A stretch of 64,000 nt of DNA from Candidatus Shapirobacteria bacterium. GTDB taxonomy: Bacteria > Patescibacteriota > Microgenomatia > UBA12405. Made by a program: the position numbers and the translations under genes. The notes beneath the pieces are model-generated. The model searched no databases, was not told the origin of the DNA, and worked only from the letters and a program-made list of their open reading frames with translations. Each line of letters starts with the position of its first letter. Position 1 is the stretch's first letter. The stretch lies in contig JAGORQ010000004.1 of the NCBI GenBank assembly GCA_018062705.1, positions 2,345 to 66,344 of the forward strand, read 5' to 3'. Positions 34,784 to 44,183 of the stretch are shown piece by piece.

Positions 34784-35386
34784 ATGTTGATTATTCCAAC
34801 AACTGGACTAAAAAAAGATTATCGTGAGGCGGAGGATTGGACTCGTCGATTGCAAGAGACGTCACGATGGATCCAGGTAGATGTAGGTGATGGGGTGTTT
34901 AAAGAGGGAAAAACATTTGAACTAGAACTGCTAAGAAAGTTTGATTTTAATACTGATAATTTGTTGTGGGATATTCATTTGATGGTAAAAGAGCCAATAA
35001 ATTGGGTGGAAAAATGTAAAAAAGTAGGAGCGACAAGAATTATTGGCCAAGTGGAAATAATGAGAGACCGTGAAGAATTCTTGGAAAAAGTTAAAAAAGA
35101 AACTCCAGAAGCCGGGCTGGCTTTTGATATTGAGACACCAATAGACAAAATTACCGGTGACTGGGACATAATTTTACTGATGGCCAGGCCGGCGGGATTT
35201 GGTTATTTTCCGTTTGATACGCGAGTGTTGGATAAAATAAAAAAAGTAAAAGACCAAGGATATGTGGTGGGTATTGATGGTGGGGCGGATTTGGAAAATA
35301 TTGAGAAGATAGAGGAAGCCGGAGCTGATATAGTATATTCGGAAGTTAATTATTGGAAATTAATTGATGCCACAAAAAACAAGTAA
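34784..35386 (+). CDS. Ribulose-phosphate 3-epimerase-family (divergent Rpe-like TIM barrel) protein
   Basis: QVDVGDGVF (cf. HxDxMDGxF), DIHLMVKEP, LMARPAGFGYFPF, GIDGGAD correspond to Rpe motifs with substitutions. Confidence 0.5.
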   Translation: MLIIPTTGLKKDYREAEDWTRRLQETSRWIQVDVGDGVFKEGKTFELELLRKFDFNTDNLLWDIHLMVKEPINWVEKCKKVGATRIIGQVEIMRDREEFLEKVKKETPEAGLAFDIETPIDKITGDWDIILLMARPAGFGYFPFDTRVLDKIKKVKDQGYVVGIDGGADLENIEKIEEAGADIVYSEVNYWKLIDATKNK

Positions 35387-35942
35387 ACAAATTAAACGAG
35401 TAGCTTTTTTTGGGGATGCTGACCTGAAATCGACAGATAAAACTTATAAATTGGCGGTAGAGACCGCAAAATTATTGGCAGAAAGTGGTTATACCATAGT
35501 TGATGGTGGTGGACCGGGAATTATGATGGCTGCAACTGAGGGGGCCAGATTGGGTGGAGGTGAGGTTGAAGTGGTAATAATTGATCCTGATAAAGTGCCA
35601 GGGAATTATGAGGGTACTGAAGCAGAAAATTTGGATATGGCTACTAAGGTAATCGAAACAAGCAATATCACGAGACGAACGGCAAAATTAATTGAAGTAG
35701 CGGATGCATTTGTGATTTTTAAAGGTGGAACAGGAACCCTGGCAGAAATGAGTGCTGTATGGGAACAGGCCAAATTTGATTATGGCCATCACGAACCAGT
35801 GATTTTTGTGGGAAAAGATTGGAAAGAAATTGTGGATGTAATAGTAAAAAATATGAACTTTGAGTCAAAAGAAAAACGAGTAGTGGAGACAGTTGAGACA
35901 CCAGAGGAAGTGCTTAGGGCATTAGCCAAGGCTGGGAGTTGA
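35364..35942 (+). CDS. LOG-family protein (TIGR00730; cytokinin riboside 5'-monophosphate phosphoribohydrolase-like)
   Basis: GGGPGIMMAATEGA and KGGTGTLAEM motifs. Confidence 0.7.
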   Translation: MMPQKTSKQIKRVAFFGDADLKSTDKTYKLAVETAKLLAESGYTIVDGGGPGIMMAATEGARLGGGEVEVVIIDPDKVPGNYEGTEAENLDMATKVIETSNITRRTAKLIEVADAFVIFKGGTGTLAEMSAVWEQAKFDYGHHEPVIFVGKDWKEIVDVIVKNMNFESKEKRVVETVETPEEVLRALAKAGS

Positions 35943-36843
35943 ACTTGATTTCGATAGGAAATAATTTATAGGTAAGTGGCTCACTTGTTTGAAAAGTGAC
36001 CTGAGCGATTTGGGAATGGGAGGTTTCGTAGGACCAACTTTGGTCAAATATAAAATTACCAAATGAATAAAAAATTAGCTTATCTTTGTAGGTCTCGACT
36101 CCTTGCCAGACATGCGGGTGATGGCCGTGGATAATGTCGGCACCAGCATCGATCATTTGATGAGCCAGTTCCACCCGCCACTTTTCAGCTTGGGGTAGAT
36201 ACTCATTGCCCCAGTGAATAGAAATTATTAGATAATCAACATTGCTTCTAACAGATTTTATTTTATTTAAAATTTCAGCTGTGTCTGTTTTAGGATAAGT
36301 AATAAAATCGTAACCTAAAAATCCAAAAGAAATTCCGTTTACTTTTTTGATTAAAAAATTGTCATAAAAATTGGTGTCGGGTAAAAATTGTCTGGTTTGA
36401 TTTAGACCATCGAGACTATAATTTAATATATGATTATTGTTCAGATTTAGGATAAATTTATTTGACTGAAGGTAGGGTAAAAATTGTGGATCACCACAAA
36501 AGGTAAAGGTACCAGTCTCCCCTTTTGGGCAATTTTTAATTATGGGACTTTCGAGATTGGCGACTGTAAAATCGTTTTGCACTAACCAGGAAGATATTCC
36601 TTGAAAACTCCAAGAAAAATCTTTTTTGGTACGAGCAGTTGAGGTAATATGACGACCAAGGCCGAGGTCGCCGACAAAGCCCACCGTTACCGGCAATGGT
36701 AATGTGGGAGTAGGCAGGAGTGTGGGGGTGGAATTCTGATAAACAATTGGAGATAAGATGTTTGATTTAAGATTTAAGAAATAAGAATAAGGCAGAAAGA
36801 CAAGAAAACAAAGAATAATAAGGAAAATTGGCCAATGGTGCAT
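35914..36843 (-). CDS. CapA/PgsA-family metallophosphatase (poly-gamma-glutamate capsule synthesis-like)
   Basis: ISIHWGNEY and DIIHGHHPHVWQG motifs; N-terminal TM containing heptamer-repeat-encoded YSYFLNLKS. Confidence 0.65.
   Translation of the reverse strand: MHHWPIFLIILCFLVFLPYSYFLNLKSNILSPIVYQNSTPTLLPTPTLPLPVTVGFVGDLGLGRHITSTARTKKDFSWSFQGISSWLVQNDFTVANLESPIIKNCPKGETGTFTFCGDPQFLPYLQSNKFILNLNNNHILNYSLDGLNQTRQFLPDTNFYDNFLIKKVNGISFGFLGYDFITYPKTDTAEILNKIKSVRSNVDYLIISIHWGNEYLPQAEKWRVELAHQMIDAGADIIHGHHPHVWQGVETYKDKLIFYSFGNFIFDQSWSYETSHSQIAQVTFQTSEPLTYKLFPIEIKFNSQPWLMP
36751..36792. repeat. Heptamer tandem repeat family copy (inside CapA 5' coding region)
   Basis: GATTTAA-GATTTAA-GAAATAA-GAATAAG. 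Confidence 0.55.
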
Positions 36844-36865
36844 TTGATTTAGTATACTTGATGTA

Positions 36866-37663
36866 ATGCGTAAAGGAATCTTATTGGTATTGGCGATTAG
36901 TATATTATTATCAGGTTGCAGTTTGGGAAATCAAAAATCGGCGATAGAGATTATTACCTATCCTGCCACCAAAGTATTCTTGGATGGTAAGGAAGCTGGA
37001 ATGTCGCCATACAAAAATAATACCTTGAAACCGGGTGATATAGAGGTAAAGCTGGTGGCTGATAATGGGGGTACTTTTACAAAAAAAGTACATCTAGAAA
37101 ATGGGGCCAATACTGTGGTTAACCGGGAATTGTCGGGTGTCGAAGGTAAAAATGGCGGATATTTACTGTATCTTGAACCAACAGGTGAAAAAGAGAAGTC
37201 AGGAATATTGATAACTAGTAGGCCAGATAGAGCGTCGATTGCCATTGACGGAGAAATCAAAGGTTTTAGCCCATTAAGACTAGATGATATTGGAGAAGGA
37301 GACAAACAAGTGACAATTTCATATCCGGGAAACAAGACGATCGATGTGTTCGTCCGAGCGATAAACGGTTACCAGTTAGTAGTTGAGTCAGACCTAGCTT
37401 TGGAAGAGCTAGCTCCAGTGGTTACAGCACCAACACCGACCGATTATTTAACTAGCCAAGAACAAACACAAATAATTATAAAAGAGACGGGTACCGGCTG
37501 GTTAAGAGTTAGGGCGAGCAATTCTGCTGATGCAATAGAAATTACCAAGGTAACTACTGGAAAGAAATTTGTAATGCTAGACATGAATGAAGATTGGATT
37601 AAAATTGAGGCAGAACCGGGAAAAATAGGTTGGATATCAGCTAAATATGCCGAGAAACTTTGA
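36866..37663 (+). CDS. Lipoprotein with PEGA-like domains and C-terminal SH3b-like domain
   Basis: Lipobox LLSGC; ILITSRPDRASIAIDGEIKGFSPL PEGA-like; C-terminal GWLRVRASNSADA...GWISAKYAE SH3b-like. Confidence 0.5.
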   Translation: MRKGILLVLAISILLSGCSLGNQKSAIEIITYPATKVFLDGKEAGMSPYKNNTLKPGDIEVKLVADNGGTFTKKVHLENGANTVVNRELSGVEGKNGGYLLYLEPTGEKEKSGILITSRPDRASIAIDGEIKGFSPLRLDDIGEGDKQVTISYPGNKTIDVFVRAINGYQLVVESDLALEELAPVVTAPTPTDYLTSQEQTQIIIKETGTGWLRVRASNSADAIEITKVTTGKKFVMLDMNEDWIKIEAEPGKIGWISAKYAEKL

Positions 37664-38696
37664 GACTAAAAGCTAGGAATAAGACAAAAAGTCCAATAAA
37701 TGTATAGAACTTTTGATTACTATTCAAAAAAAGTGACAGGGTGCCGAGAACTAAACTAAAAAACATATACAAGATAGATATTTGGGGTTTTGTCCAGCCA
37801 ATTTTTAGTAAATAATGGTGAAGATGGTCGGGGCCACCAACAAGCGGGGAGCGACGGCTTAATATTCGCTTGATGATTACAAAAAAGGCATCAATTATCG
37901 GGATACCTAAAAGTAAAATAATTGTGGCCAACTTGGCACCAGAGAGAATTCCTAAAACTGCCAATAATAAACCAGCAAGACTTTTACCACTATATCCCGG
38001 CATTATTTGTTGGGGAAAAAAGTTGTAAGGCAAGAAACCTAAAAAAGATCCGGCGAGAGCGCCGGCCAAAATAATAACCGAGAGCTGGTTGGAATCTTGG
38101 GAAAAACGCAAGCCAACCAAGCCAATAAAAATTGAACTGATGGCGACAAAACCCGGCAACTGACCCTCAACTCCAGCAGACCAACCAACCACATTCATAA
38201 AGCCGACTATCCAAAACAGAGCCAACAAGTCGGATATTATCCAGATGGAGTGTTGCCCTAAAAAATTGAAATTTAGCTGGAAAGATGACAGGTCAATAAC
38301 ACCACCAAGAGGATTGCTAATATAGGCAATTCCAATTCCAGAAGCGACAATAATTAAAGCAACCAGGACATTGGTGAACAAGCGAAATTTTGGGCTAATA
38401 TCAAAAATATCATCAATAAGGCCAACTACTAAGGTGAGTACTGAGGCGGCTAATATTCCGACTGTGTGCTTATCGCGTCCGGAAAGTAAGATTATGGTAA
38501 AAAAAACTGCCAAAAATATGGGGACACCACCACCCCGAGGTACCGTGGATGAGGCGGTTGCGTTGTGAACTTTTTGGTTTTTTTTAACTGGGTCTTCAAC
38601 CCAATTTTGTTTGATGAAAAATTGTTTGACGAAAGGTGTAACAACAAACGAAATAAAAAACGATAGTAATATCGAAATAAAAAATAAAAATAACAT
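37641..38696 (-). CDS. Glycosyltransferase family 4 polyprenyl-phosphate phosphosugar transferase (MraY/WecA-like)
   Basis: 10-TM profile, VGLIDDIFDI, GGPDHLHHYLLKIGW (cf. MraY HHH motif). Confidence 0.6.
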   Translation of the reverse strand: MLFLFFISILLSFFISFVVTPFVKQFFIKQNWVEDPVKKNQKVHNATASSTVPRGGGVPIFLAVFFTIILLSGRDKHTVGILAASVLTLVVGLIDDIFDISPKFRLFTNVLVALIIVASGIGIAYISNPLGGVIDLSSFQLNFNFLGQHSIWIISDLLALFWIVGFMNVVGWSAGVEGQLPGFVAISSIFIGLVGLRFSQDSNQLSVIILAGALAGSFLGFLPYNFFPQQIMPGYSGKSLAGLLLAVLGILSGAKLATIILLLGIPIIDAFFVIIKRILSRRSPLVGGPDHLHHYLLKIGWTKPQISILYMFFSLVLGTLSLFLNSNQKFYTFIGLFVLFLAFSLKVSRHI

Positions 38697-39068
38697 TTAG
38701 GAAACAAGAAAAACAATGTTAAAAATCGAGTAGAGAATGATTAGGGAAAAAATTAGCGAACAGATGGTAAGAATTCGAGAAAATAATATTGAACGAGAGG
38801 CAATAAAGGCAGCGGTCAAGTTGTTGATTATAAGGATTAATAATGAAAAAAGAGGTAATAAAATTATAAAGGAGTTGGAGGCGAGCTGGGATTCACCCCA
38901 AGGTTGGCTATAAAAAAGTGGAATTTGAGGAGGTAAGTCAAAATATTTAAAAAGAAGGGTTACTATTTGGAGAATAATTGTCAGTAAATTCCAACGAAAA
39001 ATTTTGGTAATTTGAGGTTCTTGCCAAAATTTTCCCAGTACAGATAGAGACTTGAGCACCTTGTTCAT
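38697..39068 (-). CDS. Membrane hypothetical protein
   Basis: 123 aa, 3-4 TM, contiguous with flanking membrane genes. Confidence 0.35.
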   Translation of the reverse strand: MNKVLKSLSVLGKFWQEPQITKIFRWNLLTIILQIVTLLFKYFDLPPQIPLFYSQPWGESQLASNSFIILLPLFSLLILIINNLTAAFIASRSILFSRILTICSLIFSLIILYSIFNIVFLVS

Positions 39069-40534
39069 GGTCGGAGTCGATAGATGACGGCCTTACCGAT
39101 TTGATTATCGGGGTAATAATAGAGACTGAGCAACCTATGAAGATCGGGATAAGGTCTAAACGACGAATCGTAATCGAGAATATATTTTGGCATTTCGGAA
39201 ATTAATTTTGAGTATATCGAAGAATATTGATTAAAGTCGATAACGTGATAAGCTACGGTGAATTTACCGACTGGAAGTCGATTTGAAAGGGCATAAATAA
39301 AAGGTTGGTCACCCCAGACAAATATTTTGTCGGTTGGTAAAGTGTTAGATTTGATATACGAAGCAGTTTGGTATAAGGCAGGAACATCTGGACTGAAATA
39401 ACGTTGGTACTCGAAATAAGATTTAAGATGTAAGATGTAAGAATAAGAATTTTGATAATAAGAAAAGACGGGGTAGACGTAAAATTTGTATTTAAAGAAA
39501 ATAGCCACAATTCCAAAAATTAATCCAAGTGATATAGCCTTGACTAGTCTGGTATTTTCTTGAATTATCAAACCAATTAAAAGAATGAGTGGTGGTAAAA
39601 TTTGGATGAGGTAGTGGGGGTAAGGACGGGTTGACAATAGGGCACCGAAGACTGTGGCGGTGAACCATAACAGGACAAAAGCAAAAGAAGATTTAATCTG
39701 TTTGAAAAAGACAAATAGATAAATAACTAACCAGGTGAGTAAAAGGATTATGGCACGACTGATTAGCCCACCGCTAGTGGCACCACCTGAGTGGGAACCG
39801 GTAGACCAGGAGGAGAGATAACCGAAGTTTTGGAGTAAAGACGCAAAAACGAAATCATTAAAGACACCTTTGACTAAATAATAGACTGCATAAAACAAGA
39901 TGGGGAGTGAGAAAGAAATAAGAAGTAAGATGTAAGACTTAAGAATAGAACCAATTTTTTTGAGTGAAAAACTGGAAATTAAAATCCAAAAACACAAAAA
40001 ACCGAATTCAACAAAAACCGGAATTTTAATAGTAAAAGCAAAACCAAGCAAAAGCCCAGCAACAACTAGATGGTTGAGGTTTTTTTGTTTTTCTTGAGTA
40101 AAAAGATAAACTAAATAAACACCATAGATGGTAGGTAAAAGCATAAAAATCTCGGCATTGGCAATAGTGCCCTCAAATAGAGGGATACTAGTTAAAACAA
40201 GAAATAAGATAAACGTAATCCGTAACACGTAATCAGTAAAAAAGATTTTTAGTAGGCGATAAAAAATATAGAGGGTGGGGACCATCCAAACCAGAAGAAG
40301 GAGTCGAAAACCTAAGACTGTTTGTCCAATGGCTGCGAGTAAATAGAGTGTTGGGGGTTTGTTGTCGTGAATTTGACTATAAAGAGTCCAACCGTGACGA
40401 ATAGCGTTACCAAGTACCAAATAAATTCCCTCGTCTCCATACCAATATGGCTCAAAAAGTGTGGGGAGGCGGAGAAACAAAAACAAAAATCCACAAAATA
40501 CCCAGAATTTATTTTTCTTGACCCAGGTAAACAT
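39065..40534 (-). CDS. Glycosyltransferase family 39/83-like (ArnT/PMT-type) integral membrane protein
   Basis: N-terminal EPYWYGDEGIY (DE motif of ArnT/PMT), about 12 TM, 489 aa; contains two heptamer-repeat segments. Confidence 0.55.
   Translation of the reverse strand: MFTWVKKNKFWVFCGFLFLFLRLPTLFEPYWYGDEGIYLVLGNAIRHGWTLYSQIHDNKPPTLYLLAAIGQTVLGFRLLLLVWMVPTLYIFYRLLKIFFTDYVLRITFILFLVLTSIPLFEGTIANAEIFMLLPTIYGVYLVYLFTQEKQKNLNHLVVAGLLLGFAFTIKIPVFVEFGFLCFWILISSFSLKKIGSILKSYILLLISFSLPILFYAVYYLVKGVFNDFVFASLLQNFGYLSSWSTGSHSGGATSGGLISRAIILLLTWLVIYLFVFFKQIKSSFAFVLLWFTATVFGALLSTRPYPHYLIQILPPLILLIGLIIQENTRLVKAISLGLIFGIVAIFFKYKFYVYPVFSYYQNSYSYILHLKSYFEYQRYFSPDVPALYQTASYIKSNTLPTDKIFVWGDQPFIYALSNRLPVGKFTVAYHVIDFNQYSSIYSKLISEMPKYILDYDSSFRPYPDLHRLLSLYYYPDNQIGKAVIYRLRP
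39411..39450. repeat. Heptamer tandem repeat family copy (inside GT39 gene)
   Basis: GATTTAA-GATGTAA-GATGTAA-GAATAAG. Confidence 0.5.
39911..39948. repeat. Heptamer tandem repeat family copy (inside GT39 gene)
   Basis: GAAATAA-GAAGTAA-GATGTAA-GACTTAA-GAATAGA. Confidence 0.45.
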
Positions 40535-40549
40535 TAAAATATTTTAGCA

Positions 40550-41125
40550 TTACTGAATGAATTTATTTGAAGAAATAGGATTATTACTAAAAATAAAACT
40601 GCTTTCTTGATCAAGTTGATGTTGGCCGTCTGTCGCTTGCCCCAAATTATAGAATTGACTTATAGTTACTTCGTTAAATAGTGATGGTGAGGTATCCATT
40701 AGTTTTTGTAGATTTTGAGGCAATTCGATGTCTCTTCGAATGCAGTTTTGTAATTCAAATATTGTTTTTAATGAAGGCAGTAATTCAACCTCAGTCTGAC
40801 TATTTATGTCATCTATGTATATTGGTTGGTCTAATAATGCGTCTACTAGACCCGCCAATTTTTCATCGCTTTTGACATACAAGCTAACGCTTATATTTAC
40901 TTCACCTGAACTAAGACGAAGAACTTTTGCTCTACAGAAAACTAGGTCAGAGTCTACTTTTGACTGATCAGTAATTGAGGGTGTGCCAATGACAGACTCT
41001 GAGACACCACCAGTATCTTTAGGAATGTCAAACGGAAGTTTGGATAAACTATGAAAAATTTCTTTGAATTGCATTGAAATATTTTCCCTAAAGTTGCCCG
41101 ATTTTCTGGCTTCTACTGAGGGCAA
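40550..41125 (-). CDS. Hypothetical protein
   Basis: 191 aa ORF. Confidence 0.4.
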   Translation of the reverse strand: MPSVEARKSGNFRENISMQFKEIFHSLSKLPFDIPKDTGGVSESVIGTPSITDQSKVDSDLVFCRAKVLRLSSGEVNISVSLYVKSDEKLAGLVDALLDQPIYIDDINSQTEVELLPSLKTIFELQNCIRRDIELPQNLQKLMDTSPSLFNEVTISQFYNLGQATDGQHQLDQESSFIFSNNPISSNKFIQ

Positions 41126-41198
41126 TACAATGAAGAATCCAAATAATTCTTGGTTTTTTCTGCCTCTTTACGATATGCTTCTGGTCTTTGATATATTG

Positions 41199-42713
41199 TC
41201 ATTTTGATTTCTTTTGGGTGGTTTGATATTCAAGTCGTTTACCAAAAAGAAGACGGGTGTGAGAGTGGAGGCCAGGGAGGACGGACATGGTGAGGGTAGC
41301 GATTGGCATAAAAGGCCATTGGAGCATGTTTTTGAGAAACACTCCCAAGCCTTTTTTTTGGGAAACAGGACGAAGTTTCCAGTCGAGGATAATGAGTACA
41401 AATAGGGGGATTAGACAAATAGTGAGAATAACGTTGGAAACACGAGGTAGATTGAAACCAACAGTGGTTTGAAAAAACTTCGGATTGAGAACTACTGGTA
41501 AAGATGTGCCGAGGGTAAGAATAAACCAATTGCTAGACCAAATAAAATGGGTTTCGATAAGTTTAAAGATTCGTAAAAATCGAGTAATAAAAGGTATTTC
41601 AGTGTGAATTCGAGCTTGCTCAATTGCATAAGGAATATCAATAGCACCCCAAGCATGCCGAACACATTGATTATAACGATTTTTGAGTGCGTCAAAATAA
41701 TTTTTGCCATCTGGAGCATCAACAACGGTCGGTAAAAAGATTGGTTCAACAGTACTTTTGCCACCGGAGGCAAAAAAAGTTTGAAGGAAAATATGCCAAT
41801 CTTCGGGAATCATATCTGGATCCCAGTAACCGGCAGAATCTATAAGCTGATAAGAGGCGGAATAGCAGGAATAGTTGAAAAATAAACCGTCAGGCTCTTG
41901 GATGTTGGCAATATGGATAACATTACCGAGAGTTCCGATAATTCTGATTGGTGCCGGGACTGAGTTAATGTTGTTGTGCCAAAAAATTGGCGACTGCCAG
42001 AAACGGTAGTAGCGTTCCTTGTGGGAAGCGAAAGAATAGGTGAGGGCAGAAAAGTATTTGGGGTGAAAAAGAGTGTCGACATCACAACTAGTTAAAGTGC
42101 AATCTTTAATCTTCAAACTGCAATCATTAGAATCAAGGAAATTTTTTTTGAAATATTGGGCAGCAAACCTTTCATTGCTATGTTTACCAACGGTTTCCCC
42201 GGGGATATCCGACGGGTGTTCGGTGAAAATTAATTTTCCAAATGTTTGGTTGTACTTTTGGGTAAAATAATTAATTGTTTTTTGATTATTTTCCGCTCCG
42301 GCTCGAGCTTCCTGGGCAATAACCACAAATAGTTTCTTGAGATCAATATCAACCTGACGAGACAGACTGCCAATGGCCATTTCGATGACGTCGACAGGCT
42401 CTTTGTAAGATGAAATGACTATCACGTGATTTATATCACGATATTTTAGCCAACTACTGCGAAAATCAAGATTAAATTTGTTGAGCCAGTTGGTAGACTC
42501 GGAGGACCTTATTTTAAAATAACCGACGATAGCTAAGGTGGCAGACTTAAACGATTGTATTAACCAGTAAATAAGGAAGGCAATGACAAAATAAGCTACA
42601 AGCTTGGGAGCGAGAAATGATCCCCAAATAGGGAAACTGATAGTGACCCAGGCAAAAACTCCAGGAATCATCTCAAAAAGACGGTAGATTTTGGGATTAC
42701 GATGAGTTTTCAC
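41199..42713 (-). CDS. Glycosyltransferase family 2 membrane protein
   Basis: N-terminal TMs, GT-A-like core VIVISSYKEP..., C-terminal TMs; 504 aa. Confidence 0.5.
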   Translation of the reverse strand: MKTHRNPKIYRLFEMIPGVFAWVTISFPIWGSFLAPKLVAYFVIAFLIYWLIQSFKSATLAIVGYFKIRSSESTNWLNKFNLDFRSSWLKYRDINHVIVISSYKEPVDVIEMAIGSLSRQVDIDLKKLFVVIAQEARAGAENNQKTINYFTQKYNQTFGKLIFTEHPSDIPGETVGKHSNERFAAQYFKKNFLDSNDCSLKIKDCTLTSCDVDTLFHPKYFSALTYSFASHKERYYRFWQSPIFWHNNINSVPAPIRIIGTLGNVIHIANIQEPDGLFFNYSCYSASYQLIDSAGYWDPDMIPEDWHIFLQTFFASGGKSTVEPIFLPTVVDAPDGKNYFDALKNRYNQCVRHAWGAIDIPYAIEQARIHTEIPFITRFLRIFKLIETHFIWSSNWFILTLGTSLPVVLNPKFFQTTVGFNLPRVSNVILTICLIPLFVLIILDWKLRPVSQKKGLGVFLKNMLQWPFMPIATLTMSVLPGLHSHTRLLFGKRLEYQTTQKKSK

Positions 42714-42745
42714 TAGATAGGATTATATCAAGTAGAATAGGAGTA

Positions 42746-43552
42746 ATGAGTGAATTAGATGAAGCGGTAAAAAAGACAATAGAGTACGGGGAACAATTTG
42801 GTGTGTCGTATACGGCAGACGAAGTTAAAGAAAGGCTAATTTCGAGAAAAGTGTTCAATATTAAAAAGTTATCAGTTAACAGTTACGAGTTACGAGTTAA
42901 GCACAAAAAAAATAATATATATTTGGACAAAATTAAAAAGGCAAAAAAATTAGCGGAGGAAATTGGAAAAACGTTTCCGAGCATTTTATTTATAGGGGTG
43001 ACAGGATCGGTGGCGGCGGGATATCCAGATAAAAATAGTGACATAGATTTAATGTTGATTACTAAAAAAGATAGTTTGTGGATAACTAGACTAATGCTTC
43101 GAATATGGGTGTGGGCAAAAGGAATCCCCCATCGCAGGTACGGTGCGACTGAAAATAAAAATGAATTTTGTTTTAATTTGTGGCTGGAAGAGGATGTGCT
43201 GGGTTTGCCTAAAAACAAGCAAAATTTGCGGAATGCGATGGACACAATTTTGATGAAACCAATGTTGAATAAAAATAATATTTACGAAAGTTTTTTGAAG
43301 GAAAATAGGTGGGTGAAGAAGTGGGTGGCGAATGGTTACAAAAACCTAATTTTTAATCCAAATCACCCCCTAACCCCCTCTTTGACTAAAGAGGGGGAAA
43401 AGACTTTTTTAGATAATTTATTTTCTTGGTTACTGTCACAATTAAACCACCTCGTTTTTTGGCCACAGTGGTGGTACATGAAAAAAAAGATCGGTGGAGG
43501 GTTGGTTGATATCAAAAGAGCGTTTTTTCATCCGAGTAACGGTGGTGTATAA
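42746..43552 (+). CDS. Nucleotidyltransferase-domain protein; contains in-frame GC-rich palindromic insert at about 43362-43400
   Basis: GVTGSVAAGYPDKNSDIDLMLI (GS..D.D NTase fold motif). Confidence 0.5.
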   Translation: MSELDEAVKKTIEYGEQFGVSYTADEVKERLISRKVFNIKKLSVNSYELRVKHKKNNIYLDKIKKAKKLAEEIGKTFPSILFIGVTGSVAAGYPDKNSDIDLMLITKKDSLWITRLMLRIWVWAKGIPHRRYGATENKNEFCFNLWLEEDVLGLPKNKQNLRNAMDTILMKPMLNKNNIYESFLKENRWVKKWVANGYKNLIFNPNHPLTPSLTKEGEKTFLDNLFSWLLSQLNHLVFWPQWWYMKKKIGGGLVDIKRAFFHPSNGGV

Positions 43553-44183
43553 TAGAATTGTGAATTTCCCATTAAAAATTGATTTGTGGTCGATTGCCGG
43601 TAAAGTTGGGGTAATATTTGTAGGATTTATAGTTTTAGCAGTATCACTTACACAAACAACTTTGAGGATCATGGCGGTGGACGAGATTAGAAATAACCCA
43701 ATGGAGCTGACAATTAATTACAAGGATGGCACTACTGAGCAGGCATCGTATAAATTTCCTGAAGTCAACATGTTGCCTGACAATCCGTTTTATGGACTAA
43801 AAAGAGTTCGTGATTGGATGTGGTTGTTGATGACGTCAAAGCAAAATAAGCCAAAAGTTGCATTGCTACTGGCAGATAAAAAAATTGCCGAGATGACTGA
43901 ACTTTTTAAAAAGGATAAAAGTGAGTTGGCAATTGAGACTGGTAATGAAGCTCTGGACAAATTAGAATATGCCCATGGTTTGGAATCTGACGTAAGTCAA
44001 ATCCCTGATGAAGTCAAAAGGTTCCGAAAGCAGTTATTTTTGGCTGGAAATGCTTACAGTCAAATATTGAACGATAAGAAAGAAAACTTTGAATTAAATC
44101 AGGTTAAATTTGATGAGCTAAATAAAAAAATTAATGACTGGAATAAAAAACAAGAAGAAGAAAGTTGGCAGTGGAAAGATTAA
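43494..44183 (+). CDS. Membrane-anchored coiled-coil hypothetical protein (start uncertain)
   Basis: TM VGVIFVGFIVLAVSL then charged/helical region; overlaps upstream gene. Confidence 0.35.
   Translation: MEGWLISKERFFIRVTVVYNRIVNFPLKIDLWSIAGKVGVIFVGFIVLAVSLTQTTLRIMAVDEIRNNPMELTINYKDGTTEQASYKFPEVNMLPDNPFYGLKRVRDWMWLLMTSKQNKPKVALLLADKKIAEMTELFKKDKSELAIETGNEALDKLEYAHGLESDVSQIPDEVKRFRKQLFLAGNAYSQILNDKKENFELNQVKFDELNKKINDWNKKQEEESWQWKD

Noticed and set aside
35930-35950. ggagttgaac string as a second copy of the tRNA-Tyr T-arm (alternative att site)
   Set aside because: Only a 10-nt match without acceptor-stem sequence; lies inside the LOG/CapA overlap region
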